Assembly: GCA_050949565.1 (NCBI GenBank)
Contig: JBMNFY010000017.1
Location: 1,664,001-1,728,000, forward strand
Source of the DNA: Kiritimatiellia bacterium
GTDB taxonomy: Bacteria; Verrucomicrobiota; Kiritimatiellia; RFP12; UBA1067
Reading direction: 5' to 3'
Length of the DNA stretch: 64,000 nt
Shown here: positions 28,921 through 39,478 of the stretch, piece after piece
Layout of the letters: each line of letters starts with the position of its first letter
Position numbering within the stretch: position 1 is the stretch's first letter
Position numbers and translations under genes: made by a program
The notes under the pieces: generated by a model
The model's input: the letters and a program-made list of their open reading frames with translations, nothing else
What the model was told of the DNA's origin: nothing
Databases searched by the model: none

Positions 28921-30183
28921 TTACTTGCTTTTACCTGCCAGCCGACCGGATGCGAACGCCCAAGTGAGATTGTACCCGCCGCAATGTCCATCAAGGTCGA
29001 CAACCTCGCCGGCACAGAAAAGGCCGGGGCGGCGGCGGCAGGCCAGCGTCCGGGGATCCAGTTCGTCGAGAGCCACGCCACCCCGCGTGACCATGGCGCG
29101 ATCCCAAGATTCGGTCGCGGTGACCTGTATCGGGCATTCGGCACAAAGGGAGGCGAGCGTTTCCAACACGTTCTTTTTGGCACGGGCAACGGCAAGGTCT
29201 TTCGCCTCTGCCAGCGTGCAGAGCGCGACGGCGAAGGCGCGCGGGAACTCTCCGGACAATAAGTTGTGCAACGCCCGGCCACCGTGGCGCTGTCGCCACG
29301 TCTCGAAACAGGCGCGCCAATCGGCTGCACGGCGTCCGGCCTGGCCGGCGAGACGAAGTGTAACGGTATGAGGGGGCGGCTGACCGGCGTCGCGCGCGGC
29401 GGCCAGCAGGGAGTTGACCGTGCCCGAAAGATCGAGAGCCGGAACGCCGCTGACCCCTTTGTGGGTAAAGAGTACGGGACCAGTAAGCCAGGCTTTCGGG
29501 TGGCCCGGCACATCAAGTCGCAGGGCGGCGTGTTCCAGCACAATGCCGGACAGAGTTGCGGGCCAACTCTCCAGCGTGTGGAGGCCGGCAAGCGCGGGCA
29601 ACGGCGGCGTGACCGTCAGGCCGATATCGCGCGCCAACGCAAAGCCCGATCCATCTGCGCCGAGCATGGGATACGACTGGCCGCCTGTCGCCAAGATCAC
29701 GCGACGGGCATGAAGAGTGCCGTGGGACGTCACCGCACCGATCACGCGCGGGGTATCGGTAGCCTCGTCGTCCGTCGCAAGAAGCAGACGTTCGGCGCGG
29801 ACACCACAACGCAGCTCGGTACCGGTGTCGCGCGCGGCTTGTTCGAGCGCCTGGCAGACGTCTGTGGCGCGCTGCGAAACCGGAAAGACGCAACCGTCTG
29901 GGTCGGCTTGGGTCTCGATATCGAGCGCATCGAAAAAGTCGCGGATCGCGTCGGGCGGAAAGGCGTTCAACGCGGCGGCCATGAAGCGCCCTTGGCGACC
30001 GAAAGCCGCCATGATCCCCGCCACATCGGTCGCGTGCGTCAAATTGCAGCGGCCGCCGCCGGTGGCCGCGAGTTTGCGGGCGGGGGAAGCCAGCCGTTCG
30101 ACAACGATAGCGGGCTGGGCACAAAAACAAGCGGCGGTCAGCCCCGCAGGGCCGCCGCCGATAATAAGCGTGGAATACGTCAT
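28921..30183 (-). CDS. HI0933/BaiN family flavoprotein
   Basis: GGGPAG, TGGGRCNLT, ATGGQSYP, LFTHKGVSG, VTRGGV, GGYNL. Confidence 0.92.
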   Translation of the reverse strand: MTYSTLIIGGGPAGLTAACFCAQPAIVVERLASPARKLAATGGGRCNLTHATDVAGIMAAFGRQGRFMAAALNAFPPDAIRDFFDALDIETQADPDGCVFPVSQRATDVCQALEQAARDTGTELRCGVRAERLLLATDDEATDTPRVIGAVTSHGTLHARRVILATGGQSYPMLGADGSGFALARDIGLTVTPPLPALAGLHTLESWPATLSGIVLEHAALRLDVPGHPKAWLTGPVLFTHKGVSGVPALDLSGTVNSLLAAARDAGQPPPHTVTLRLAGQAGRRAADWRACFETWRQRHGGRALHNLLSGEFPRAFAVALCTLAEAKDLAVARAKKNVLETLASLCAECPIQVTATESWDRAMVTRGGVALDELDPRTLACRRRPGLFCAGEVVDLDGHCGGYNLTWAFASGRLAGKSK

Positions 30184-30190
30184 CCGCTAA

Positions 30191-30706
30191 TTAGAGCTGC
30201 TGCTCTTCGCCGATCAGGGCGATCATGCGGTTGAGCGTGTTGGTCATATCACCTTGCAGCTTCAAGCCGCTCTGGCACATGCCCACCAGTTCCGCGCAAC
30301 GGTGAAGGGTCGTCATGCGGGACTTTTCCAGCTCCGTCCGACGCAACTTGACGCCAGCGAGCATCTCCTCCAGCTCCGTGATACGCTGTTCGCTTTTGAC
30401 CAGCATGCGCCTCGTCTGGAAGAGCTGCGTCAGCAACTCCCCGGGCGAAAGATCGAGATCGTCGATCTTCATACCGTCGGGAATAGGCACCAGCGACGCC
30501 TCGCCGCAGGCCACACAGTTAATCTGCAAGCCGGCACCGCGGTAGTCGATGGCGTGGTTATGGCCGCAGTGCGGGCAATCGAAAACGATGTCCGTTGGAC
30601 GGATCTCATCGCCTTCCGATTCTTCAGACTGGACATCCGCCGAAATCAGGACATCCTCGCCTTCCAACTCCTCGAGAATTTTCGCATCGTCCGTATCGTT
30701 CGTCAT
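30191..30706 (-). CDS. Hypothetical zinc-ribbon / coiled-coil protein
   Basis: Acidic N-terminus, CPHC...CVAC, heptad-rich C-terminus. Confidence 0.75.
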   Translation of the reverse strand: MTNDTDDAKILEELEGEDVLISADVQSEESEGDEIRPTDIVFDCPHCGHNHAIDYRGAGLQINCVACGEASLVPIPDGMKIDDLDLSPGELLTQLFQTRRMLVKSEQRITELEEMLAGVKLRRTELEKSRMTTLHRCAELVGMCQSGLKLQGDMTNTLNRMIALIGEEQQL

Positions 30707-30785
30707 GCCGTTCCCCTCTCTTTATGAGGTTCCGTGCCCGTGTCACATTCGCAGGCTCAAGGCCCGCACCCGCCGTTACACCGCT

Positions 30786-31016
30786 TCAGCCTTTGACAAC
30801 CTTGCCCTGCCTAATGCAGGCTGCGCAGACTTTCATGCGACGTACGCCGCCGCCGTCGACTTTTGCGCGGACACTCTTAATGTTCGGCAGAAAGCGACGT
30901 TTCGAAATTCCCGTCGTATGCAGACCAATCCCGCCTTTATGCTTCTCGAGGCCGTGGCGGATGATCCGACTTCCTGTACGTGGCCCCTTGTTGCAAATCT
31001 CACAAACTCTGGACAT
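30786..31016 (-). CDS. rpmB: 50S ribosomal protein L28
   Basis: MSRVCEICNKGP...KRRFLPNI...KVCAACIR; AGGAGGAG RBS. Confidence 0.95.
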   Translation of the reverse strand: MSRVCEICNKGPRTGSRIIRHGLEKHKGGIGLHTTGISKRRFLPNIKSVRAKVDGGGVRRMKVCAACIRQGKVVKG

Positions 31017-31332
31017 AACCAACTCCTCCTTAGGAAAAGGGAAGAAAGATTAACATCTGGCACCCCGCTAGACAAGCGTAAACCTAACGAAAAAGATCCA
31101 TTTGAGAGGTGACGCTTTCAATCTCGCCTTGTATAATCGCACTCAACAACGGGACGTCGGGCTGTTTTCAGTGTTGTCCAAGGGACGGTAGCGGGGTGAG
31201 GTTATGAAAAAACGCTCATGGCTTTGCGGGTGCGCGGCGCTGCTTGTCGCATCCCGGGAAAGAGAAGCGCGACTGGTTCCGTTGCTGCAAAGGACGCTAC
31301 GTCTGCTAGAGAAAGAATGATGGAGGACTGAC

Positions 31333-32286
31333 ATGATGAGGGCATTTGCGATTGCCGTTTTCGGGGTGTGTGTCGCCTGTGCGGCGCAAGCCGGGAACGG
31401 GTGGCTCAAATATGAAGGGAACCCTGTGATGGGTGATCCCGTGAACCTTGGCACGTGTTTCGACGTGAACGTCATCAAGGGGAGCGATACGGCGTTCAGC
31501 ATGTACTTCTCGTGGCGACCGAAGAAGGCAATCGCGCTTGTGAAGGGCGATGACGGGGCGACATGGTCGAAGCCGACGATCTGCCTGGCGGCTGATCCGG
31601 TGTCGGGTTGGGAAGACGATCTCAACCGCTCATGTACCGTATTCAAAGACGGCGTCTATCACATGTGGTACACCGGTCAGGCGCGCGGATACTCGAAGAT
31701 CGGTTACGCAACTTCGCGGGACGGCGTGGCGTTCACCCGGGTCTCGAAGCTGCCGGTCATGATCTCCGAACATCCGTGGGAGGGTTTCTCAGTGATGAAT
31801 CCCTATGTCCGTTGGGATGCGGCGCGCGGGGTGTGGCGGATGTGGTACGCCGCGGGCGAAACCTACGAGCCAAACGTCCTCTGCTATGCGGAGTCGAAGG
31901 ACGGGCTCAAGTGGGAGAAGTCGCTCCTGAACCCGATCTTCGTGAAGGGCGCGAAGGACTCATGGGAGCAGGATCGCATCGGCGGTTGCGAGGTGCATCC
32001 GTTGCCGGACGGACGCTGGGTGATGTTTTACATCGGTTATTCCGATATCCATACCGCCCGCATCGGTGCTGCGATTTCACCGGACGGCGTCACTCGCTGG
32101 ACACGCCTCAAGACGAACCCAATCGTCTCGCCGACGCCCGACACCTTTGACGCCTCGGCCTGCTACAAGCCGTCCGTCTTCCGCGATGAGAAGGGCGACC
32201 GCTGGCTCCTGTGGTACAATGGGCGCAACACGAACAAGGGCGAATACATCGGTTTGGTTATCCACAAGGGGCTTGATCTGGAATGA
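31333..32286 (+). CDS. Secreted five-bladed beta-propeller glycosidase (GH32/43/130-like)
   Basis: Repeated WxKxxxNP and MWY...YATSxDGxxW blades; signal peptide. Confidence 0.8.
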   Translation: MMRAFAIAVFGVCVACAAQAGNGWLKYEGNPVMGDPVNLGTCFDVNVIKGSDTAFSMYFSWRPKKAIALVKGDDGATWSKPTICLAADPVSGWEDDLNRSCTVFKDGVYHMWYTGQARGYSKIGYATSRDGVAFTRVSKLPVMISEHPWEGFSVMNPYVRWDAARGVWRMWYAAGETYEPNVLCYAESKDGLKWEKSLLNPIFVKGAKDSWEQDRIGGCEVHPLPDGRWVMFYIGYSDIHTARIGAAISPDGVTRWTRLKTNPIVSPTPDTFDASACYKPSVFRDEKGDRWLLWYNGRNTNKGEYIGLVIHKGLDLE

Positions 32287-33845
32287 ATGTTCTCGCTACA
32301 TCCGCGACCTGTCTGGTCACGCTGTTGAATAGCTATGTCGCAGAGTTCAACGCGGCCGACGAGGAGCTTTACACCAACACGATTCCCAACTCCGCCGCCG
32401 CGGAATTTCTCGCGCAGAGCATACCGCTGTTCGAGTGTCCGGACAAAACGATAGAGCGCACCTACTACTTTCGTTGGTGGACATATCGCAAGCATCTCCG
32501 CAAGACGCCGTCTGGCTGGGTGGTGACGGAGTTCTTGCCGGAGGTGGCGTGGGCGGGTAAGTACAACACGATCTCATGCCCGTTCGGCCACCATCTGCGT
32601 GAAGGCCGTTGGCTGCGGCAGACGTCGTATCTTGACGACTATATCCGCTTCATGCTCACCGAGGGCACCGTGAACGGCCCGCGCGCCTACGCATCTTGGC
32701 CGGCGTGGGGTACGCTCGAACGTGCCAAAGTCACCGGCGACTTCGGCTACGCGACGAATTACCTGCAGAAGTTTGTTGCCAACTACGAGGCGTGGGAGAA
32801 GGGATGGACGACGGGCGGCATGAGCCTCCGTGATGTGGCGAAGGGTCTCCGAGGAAGAAAGATTAAGACGGGATTCCGCGCAGATCGCGGACTTTTCGAT
32901 TTTACCGGCAATCGCGAAGGCAGCGAGTTTGCGCTTTCCCACGACGGGGCGCGCCCGCTGGTCAATGCGGCGATGTGGGCCGAAGCGACGGCGATTGCCG
33001 AGATTGCAAAACGCTCCGGCGACGCCGGACTCGCCACTCGCTTCACCGAGAAGGCGGCGGCACTCGAAAAGAGTATCAAGGAGAAACTCTGGAACAACGA
33101 CAAGCGATTCTTCACGGTGCTTTCCGTGGAAGGTGAGCATGACGACGTCTGCGAACTCAACGGGTACGCGCCGTTCTATTTTCGGATGCCTCTCGCCGGA
33201 TACGAAGCGGCGTGGAAGCCGCTCGTCGAAGAGACGGGATTCGCCGCCCCGGTGGGGTTGACGTTCCCGGCGCGGAACACACCGGGCTTTGATCTGCGCA
33301 TTGACCTCTCCAAGCATGAGTGCCTGTGGAACGGCCCGAGCTGGCCGTATGCGACATCGCTCGCACTCACCGCGCTGTACCAATCGCTACAGGGTCCCAA
33401 TGCCGCCGCCATGCCGGTCGGGGCTTCCGACTTCGCGAAACTTCTCCGTCAGTACGCCGCCCAACAGAAACTCACGCTGCCCGACGGACGCGTAGTGCCG
33501 TGGATTGACGAAAACCTCGATCCCATCACCGGCGAGTGGATCGCGCGCAAGGTGATGATCGCTTGGGATCGCGAAGGCATCCGTCCGCTCAAATACCGTG
33601 AGCGCGGTAAGGATTACAATCACTCGACATTCTGCGACTTGGTGATCGCCGGGCTTATCGGCGTGCAGCCGAAAGCCAACGGCATGTTCGAGGTGAAGCC
33701 GATGATCCCGGATACTTGGGACTGGTTCCGTCTCGAACATCTCCACTACCACGGCAAGTCTTACACGATCATCTTTGATCGCACCGGTAAACGCTATGGC
33801 GGCGGCGCCGGGCTGAGAGTGGTTGCTGGTCGACAGGTGCTATGA
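32283..33845 (+). CDS. MGH1/GH63-like (alpha/alpha)6 glycoside hydrolase
   Basis: YYFRWWTYRKH, ISCPFGHH..EGRW, WNGPSWPY, DYNHSTF. Confidence 0.8.
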   Translation: MNVLATSATCLVTLLNSYVAEFNAADEELYTNTIPNSAAAEFLAQSIPLFECPDKTIERTYYFRWWTYRKHLRKTPSGWVVTEFLPEVAWAGKYNTISCPFGHHLREGRWLRQTSYLDDYIRFMLTEGTVNGPRAYASWPAWGTLERAKVTGDFGYATNYLQKFVANYEAWEKGWTTGGMSLRDVAKGLRGRKIKTGFRADRGLFDFTGNREGSEFALSHDGARPLVNAAMWAEATAIAEIAKRSGDAGLATRFTEKAAALEKSIKEKLWNNDKRFFTVLSVEGEHDDVCELNGYAPFYFRMPLAGYEAAWKPLVEETGFAAPVGLTFPARNTPGFDLRIDLSKHECLWNGPSWPYATSLALTALYQSLQGPNAAAMPVGASDFAKLLRQYAAQQKLTLPDGRVVPWIDENLDPITGEWIARKVMIAWDREGIRPLKYRERGKDYNHSTFCDLVIAGLIGVQPKANGMFEVKPMIPDTWDWFRLEHLHYHGKSYTIIFDRTGKRYGGGAGLRVVAGRQVL

Positions 33846-33972
33846 CAACATGTTCCTCGCACTAAGGGACAGGTATTTAGACGCATCCATGCTTCTTAGT
33901 TGCCCGGGAAGAGATTTCATGTATGATGGTAGTTCATCGTTGTGAAATCTTGTAACCAGAAAGGTGACTCAT

Positions 33973-34860
33973 ATGCAAACAGCATCCATGAACCTCTCGC
34001 GTCGTGACGCGTTCCGCCTTGCCGGGGCTGCGGCGGCGACGGCTGCGCTGGCGCCGACGGCAGCACGCGCGCAAGAACAGACGCCGAAACTTAAAGGGCG
34101 TATCCGTCAGTCGGTCACATGCTGGCCGCTACGCAAGATCCCGCCGGCGGACCTTTGCCGTCAGATCAAAGAGATGGGGATGGTCGGTCTGGATCTGGTG
34201 GGCGACCGCAACCTCTGGCCGGTCCTCAAAGAGCACGGGCTGGTAGCCACGATGGTGCCCGGCGCGGGCGGCATCAAGGACGGTATCAACAACACCGCCA
34301 GACATCCGGAGTTCCTCAAGCATTTCCGCGAGAATATCGCCGCAGCCGCTAAGTTCGGCTGGAAGCGCGTCATCACACTGGCCGGCGACCGCAAGGGCAT
34401 CAGCGATGCCGACGGCATGGCCGCCTGCGTGCCGATCTTGAAGGAGGCGGTCAAGATCGCGGCCGACCATGACGTGACCATCTGCATGGAGCTGCTCAAC
34501 AGCAAGGTGGACCATCCCGGCTACATGTGCGACCGGACGGCGTGGGGCGTGGAACTCTGCAAGCGCGTGGAGTCGCCGCGCTTTAAGCTGCTCTATGACA
34601 TCTACCACATGCAGATCATGGAGGGCGATATCATCCGCACGATCCGCGAGAACATCGAGTACATCGGGCACTTCCATACCGCCGGCAATCCCGGACGTAA
34701 GGACCTCGACGAAGATCAGGAGTTGTACTATCCCGCGATCATGCGCACCATCGCGCAGTTGCAGGAGGAAGGCAAGTTCGACGGTTACGTGGCGCATGAG
34801 TTCACGCCGAAAAACGGTATGGAGTCGCTGCGCAAAGCGGTTCAGATCTGCGACGTGTAG
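33973..34860 (+). CDS. Hydroxypyruvate isomerase family TIM-barrel protein, Tat-exported
   Basis: SRRDAF Tat motif; ELLNSKVDH, LYDIYHMQIMEGD, HFHTAGNPGR. Confidence 0.88.
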   Translation: MQTASMNLSRRDAFRLAGAAAATAALAPTAARAQEQTPKLKGRIRQSVTCWPLRKIPPADLCRQIKEMGMVGLDLVGDRNLWPVLKEHGLVATMVPGAGGIKDGINNTARHPEFLKHFRENIAAAAKFGWKRVITLAGDRKGISDADGMAACVPILKEAVKIAADHDVTICMELLNSKVDHPGYMCDRTAWGVELCKRVESPRFKLLYDIYHMQIMEGDIIRTIRENIEYIGHFHTAGNPGRKDLDEDQELYYPAIMRTIAQLQEEGKFDGYVAHEFTPKNGMESLRKAVQICDV

Positions 34861-34884
34861 ACTGCTCCCGCAGTGAGGCCGCGA

Positions 34885-36168
34885 ATGCGCATTCTGTACA
34901 TTCTGCCGGGATCGGGCGGGTCGTTTTACTGCCAGAACTGTCTGCGTGATATGGCGCTGGCGGATGCGCTGCGCCAGCGCGGCCACACTGTTATCTCAAT
35001 GCCGCTCTATCTGCCGGCGACGGCGCAGGCCGCAGCACCGGATGCCGTGCCGGTCTTTTATGGCGCGGTCTCGCTGTATCTGCGTCACCGCTTTGCCGTA
35101 TTGCGCCGTCTGCCGCGTGCGTGGTTCGCGCCCTTGGATGCGTGGCCGGTGTTGCGCCTCGCGGCGCGTTTTTCAGAATCGACATCGGCGGCGGGGCTCG
35201 AAGACCTGACGCTCTCGATGCTGAGTGGCGAGGAGGGGCGACAGGCCGAAGAGCTGCAGCGCGTGGCCGAGTGGATCACCGCGTTGCCGTCACATGAAAA
35301 GCCCGAGTTGATCGTGCTCTCCAATGCGCTGCTGATTGGACTGGCGCGGACTCTCAAACAGGCCGCCCGTTGTCCGTTGGTCTGCTGGCTTCAGGATGAG
35401 CATGTCTGGCTCGACGCGATGGACGCCGCGCTGCGGAGCGCTGCGTTGCGCGTGATGGCGGCGCGTGCCGATGCCGTCGACCGCTTCGTCGCGGTCAGCG
35501 CCTCTTACGCCGACCGTATGGCGGAGTGGCTGGCGCTTGACCGCAGCCGCTTCCGCGTGGTCTATCCGGGGCTTGATCCATCGTTCTACCGGCAGGCCGA
35601 TCCTACCCGACAGCCTCCCGTGATCGGTTTCTTGTCGCGGTTGTCCGCCGAAGAAGGCTTCGATCGTTTTGTGGACGCCTTTCTGCTACTCCGCCGCGAT
35701 TCGCGTTTTTCGGATGTGCGGCTCGCCGCGACCGGCGGTCCTTCAGCGGATCGCCGCTTCCTGAAACGGCAGCGCCGCAAGCTGGCCGCAGTAGGCGCGC
35801 TGGCCGATGCCGAAATCACGCCGGACCGTTTCGCGCACGACCGCGTGGGATTTCTCGCCGGGCTGAGTGTGCTCTCGGTTCCCGGTGGCTCTGCGCCCGA
35901 AGCGCTCGGCTACTATGCGCTGGAGGCGATGGCGGCCGGCGTGCCGCTGGTGCTGCCGGCGCACGGTGCGTTTCCCGAGTTGGCCGACCTAGCACGGTGC
36001 GGCGTACTGACGCCCGACGCACAGCCGGAAACCCTGGCCCGCGCATGGGCTGAGCTACTGGCTGATCCGGAACGCCTGCGCCGGGAATCCGAACGCGGTC
36101 TGGCTGCGGCGCGGACGCATTTTTCACACGACGCATGCGCGGCCGCGTTTGAACGCACTGTCGTGTGA
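34885..36168 (+). CDS. Glycosyltransferase family 4
   Basis: MRILYILPG..YCQNCLRD, IGFLSRL, EALG..ALEAMAAGVP. Confidence 0.88.
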   Translation: MRILYILPGSGGSFYCQNCLRDMALADALRQRGHTVISMPLYLPATAQAAAPDAVPVFYGAVSLYLRHRFAVLRRLPRAWFAPLDAWPVLRLAARFSESTSAAGLEDLTLSMLSGEEGRQAEELQRVAEWITALPSHEKPELIVLSNALLIGLARTLKQAARCPLVCWLQDEHVWLDAMDAALRSAALRVMAARADAVDRFVAVSASYADRMAEWLALDRSRFRVVYPGLDPSFYRQADPTRQPPVIGFLSRLSAEEGFDRFVDAFLLLRRDSRFSDVRLAATGGPSADRRFLKRQRRKLAAVGALADAEITPDRFAHDRVGFLAGLSVLSVPGGSAPEALGYYALEAMAAGVPLVLPAHGAFPELADLARCGVLTPDAQPETLARAWAELLADPERLRRESERGLAAARTHFSHDACAAAFERTVV

Positions 36169-36218
36169 CCGTATAGCTTGATACGCACAGCACCCCATTT
36201 CCAGCGGGATAACAGCGA

Positions 36219-37187
36219 CTAATACGAAACCTGATACCAAGCGAGCACACGCATGAAATCATCAGGCGGTGGTGCGTGGAAATCGAGCGCGACACCGCTG
36301 ATGGGATGCGCGAAGGCCAGATGCGCCGCATGTAGCATCTGCCGCTGCGGCGGCTGCGGCAGACGCCGGTCGGCCGCTGACCGGCCGTACAACGCATCGC
36401 CGACCAGCGGACACCCCAACGCCTGCATGTGGACGCGGATCTGATGGGTGCGACCGGTCTCGATGCGGCAGCACACCCAAGAGATGTCCTGCCCCAAACG
36501 TTGCTTCAGCGTGTAGTGGGTGACCGCTCGCCGCCCATTGGTACGTACCACAGCCATGCGTTTGCGGTGTACCGGATGCCGACCGATCAGCCCGCTCACG
36601 GTCCCCGAATCGTGCGGCGGCGCGCCGTGTACCAGCGCATCGTACTCCTTGATGATCTCCCCACGTTGAAACAATCGCACCATGCCCGCCATCGCTGTAT
36701 CGTTCTTCGCGACCACCAACAGGCCGGATGTTTCCTTGTCTAGCCGATGGACAATGCCCGGGCGTTCCACGCCGCCGATGCCGCCTAGGTCGCGGCAGTG
36801 GTGCAGCAGGGCGTTGACCAACGTGCCGTCGGCATGTCCCGGCGCGGGATGCACCACCATCCCGGCTGGTTTGTTGAGCAGCAGCAGGTCGCGGTCTTCG
36901 TAAAGAATGTCGAGCGGGATCGCCTGCGGTTGCGGGATCGCTGGCTGCGGCGGGGGCACATCGATCTCAAACACCTGTCCCGCTTTGATCGACGCGTTGG
37001 CCTTGACCGTTTCCCCTGCGCACGTCACCCGGCCCTCTTTGATCAGTGCCTGGATGCGTGCGCGTGACAACTCGGAGGTCTGCGCGGCGAGCCAAGCGTC
37101 GAGCCGACCGGTCGCGCCCTCCGGCACCGTGAAAACCAAGACGGTGTCGTCCTCGTCCTCTATGTTTTCAAAAAGCTCTTCTTGCAT
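36219..37187 (-). CDS. rluD: RluA/RluD family pseudouridine synthase
   Basis: S4 domain (RLD..SRARIQ), NKPAGMVVHP, HRLDKETSG, TGRTHQIRVH, QMLHA. Confidence 0.93.
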   Translation of the reverse strand: MQEELFENIEDEDDTVLVFTVPEGATGRLDAWLAAQTSELSRARIQALIKEGRVTCAGETVKANASIKAGQVFEIDVPPPQPAIPQPQAIPLDILYEDRDLLLLNKPAGMVVHPAPGHADGTLVNALLHHCRDLGGIGGVERPGIVHRLDKETSGLLVVAKNDTAMAGMVRLFQRGEIIKEYDALVHGAPPHDSGTVSGLIGRHPVHRKRMAVVRTNGRRAVTHYTLKQRLGQDISWVCCRIETGRTHQIRVHMQALGCPLVGDALYGRSAADRRLPQPPQRQMLHAAHLAFAHPISGVALDFHAPPPDDFMRVLAWYQVSY

Positions 37188-37196
37188 GAAACCTCG

Positions 37197-38363
37197 CTAG
37201 GGTTCCGGACGGAACGTCAGCAGGAAGCCGCCGTCCTGCGCCAAATCCAGCGCGACGCGCACATCCGGTGCCTGCTCCGTGAACGTCTCTTCGACGACCT
37301 CACCCTCTTCACCGACAATCGGGTCGCGCAGGATTTGAACCGTGTACCGCAGTGCCCGCAATTCGACCGGCGTGCGCAGCCAAAGGTCTTCAAAGCGTAC
37401 CGTCAGCGTTTTTGACGCAGCGGTGATGCCGGCCACGCGCCACACCTTGCCCTGTCGGCGCGCCCCGACCGCGAACTCGCCCGGTTCACCGCGTATCAGC
37501 CAAAATGCGTCGCAGGGCGTGTTGCGATCGATCAGCATCATAAACGCCGCGCGGTAGGCGGGCGTGAGTGTCGCGCCGAAAGTCGGCTCCGGCAATGCGG
37601 CTTCGGTGAACGGCACCGTAAAGAACAGATGCTCGCAGCCTTGCTTACCGTCTGCGACCTCCAGTTCCGCGATATGCTCCAGGGCCGGGAAGCGGCTCTC
37701 CGCCAGATCGCCCGGACGGTCAAAGGAGGCCGTGCGCCGCTCCGATCCCTGCATCCAGCACGCGACCACCTTGCCGTCTGCTGTGAACCGCACTTGCGGT
37801 CGCTCCGGCACAATCTCCGCCAGCGCGGCGTGGAGCGACGGGTAGACGGGAATGTGATGCTCATCGCAGAAGGCGCGGGTCTGCTCGTTGAAGAGCGTCT
37901 CATTGTGGATCAGCACAGCGGCGATCCCGGCATTCACACCGGCTTCAAGATCGCTCAGCCGGTCGCCGATCATCCAGCACTGCGCGGGGTCCAGTCCGTC
38001 GGCAGCGATGCGTTCGAGGATGAACGCGGGCGAGGGTTTGCGGTAGACGGCAGGCTGTTCCGGCGTTTCCGGCGCGATGCACACCGCCATGAATCCCGGC
38101 TCGGGCAACGCCAGCAGTTCCATCATGCGCGCGTTGACCGCCTGCGCCTGCTCCAACGTATAGTAGCCGCGTCCGATCCCGCTTTGGTTGGTGAAGAGGT
38201 AGAGGTGATGGCTGGCGCAAACGCGTTGCAGCGCTTCCTTTGCGCCGTCCAGCAGCTCGACACCGTCCGGATCGCTCAGATAGCCCATATCGCGGATGAT
38301 GGTACCGTCGCGATCTAGGAAAAGCGCGGATCGGGTTTTGGCAGAGTGTGCGGCTTGCGGCAT
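37197..38363 (-). CDS. gmhB: HAD-IIIA heptose-bisphosphate phosphatase (GmhB-like) fused to an extra C-terminal domain
   Basis: FLDRDGTI, TNQSGIGRG, RKPSP, MIGDRLSD; additional ~190 aa C-terminal region. Confidence 0.8.
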   Translation of the reverse strand: MPQAAHSAKTRSALFLDRDGTIIRDMGYLSDPDGVELLDGAKEALQRVCASHHLYLFTNQSGIGRGYYTLEQAQAVNARMMELLALPEPGFMAVCIAPETPEQPAVYRKPSPAFILERIAADGLDPAQCWMIGDRLSDLEAGVNAGIAAVLIHNETLFNEQTRAFCDEHHIPVYPSLHAALAEIVPERPQVRFTADGKVVACWMQGSERRTASFDRPGDLAESRFPALEHIAELEVADGKQGCEHLFFTVPFTEAALPEPTFGATLTPAYRAAFMMLIDRNTPCDAFWLIRGEPGEFAVGARRQGKVWRVAGITAASKTLTVRFEDLWLRTPVELRALRYTVQILRDPIVGEEGEVVEETFTEQAPDVRVALDLAQDGGFLLTFRPEP

Positions 38364-38371
38364 GGACGGGT

Positions 38372-39346
38372 TCAGGTTCCTTGGGTTCGGGCGGCGTGGG
38401 CCAGAATTTCATCCGGTGTGGCGGTGGCGGTGCCGAGTTTGCCGACCACCACGCCGGCGGCGAGATTGGCCAGTGTTGCGGCGCGCTCAATGTCCGCGCC
38501 GGTGGCCAGCGCGGCGGTCAGCGTAGCGATCACGGTATCGCCTGCGCCCGAAACGTCAAAGACCTCGCGCGCGGTCGTGGCGAGATGGCGGCCGGGACGG
38601 CCGCCGGTGCTGAGCAGCATGCCGTCGGCACCCAGAGTCACCACCAGATGCTCCGGCGCGAACCGCTCATGGAGGCGCGCGGTCACTTCGGCTTCCGGGA
38701 ACGCCCTGCTTTCTGTGCCCTGCATGCCAGCAAGCTGGAGGGCCTCGCTGCGGTTGGGCGTCATCAACGACACGCGCGCGAAATGCAGGTCCGGTCGCGG
38801 TTTGGGATCGATCGCCACGATCTGTCCGGGGCGCGCCATCTCTTGCACGCGACGGACCAACTCGCTGGTGACGACTCCTTTGGCGTAGTCCGAAAGAATC
38901 ACGGCATCTGCCGCCGCGATCCGGTCGCGCAACGTCTCGAATGCCGCCTCTGGCATGGCGTAGGCCTCCGGCCGCTCCTCGCGGTCGATGCGGCACAACT
39001 GCTGGTTGCGGCACATGACGCGGGTCTTGACGATCGTGGCGACATGCCCGCTACGGCAGGCCGCGTCGCAGCCTACGCCGCGTTCGGCTAGATTTGCCTG
39101 GAGCATCCGCCCGTTCGCATCGGTGCCGAAGACACCGGCGACCTCCACCGCGACACCCAACGCGCGCAGGTTGGCCGCCACGTTCGCGGCGCCGCCTGCC
39201 GTGTAGGCGTCATGACCGACCTTGACGATCGGCACCGGTGCTTCCGGCGAGAGGCGCACGGCATCGCCCCACACGTAGTGATCGAGCATCAGGTCGCCCA
39301 CCACCAACACATGCAGGCGGGGAATTGCATCTAAAAGCTGTTGCAT
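38372..39346 (-). CDS. hldA: D-glycero-D-manno-heptose-7-phosphate kinase (RfaE/HldE domain I, HldA)
   Basis: VVGDLMLDHY, RLSPEAPVP, LSDYAKG, TPNRSE, DVSGAGDTV. Confidence 0.92.
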   Translation of the reverse strand: MQQLLDAIPRLHVLVVGDLMLDHYVWGDAVRLSPEAPVPIVKVGHDAYTAGGAANVAANLRALGVAVEVAGVFGTDANGRMLQANLAERGVGCDAACRSGHVATIVKTRVMCRNQQLCRIDREERPEAYAMPEAAFETLRDRIAAADAVILSDYAKGVVTSELVRRVQEMARPGQIVAIDPKPRPDLHFARVSLMTPNRSEALQLAGMQGTESRAFPEAEVTARLHERFAPEHLVVTLGADGMLLSTGGRPGRHLATTAREVFDVSGAGDTVIATLTAALATGADIERAATLANLAAGVVVGKLGTATATPDEILAHAARTQGT

Positions 39347-39478
39347 ACGGATAGTGTCGAAAACCCCCGCGCCGGTGTCAAGTCGCAAGGTCAAACCACA
39401 AACCAAACCACAAACCACAAAACCGATTGCGTGTTCAGAACGATTGTCCTACAATCCCCCGCATTCACCGATTGGACT

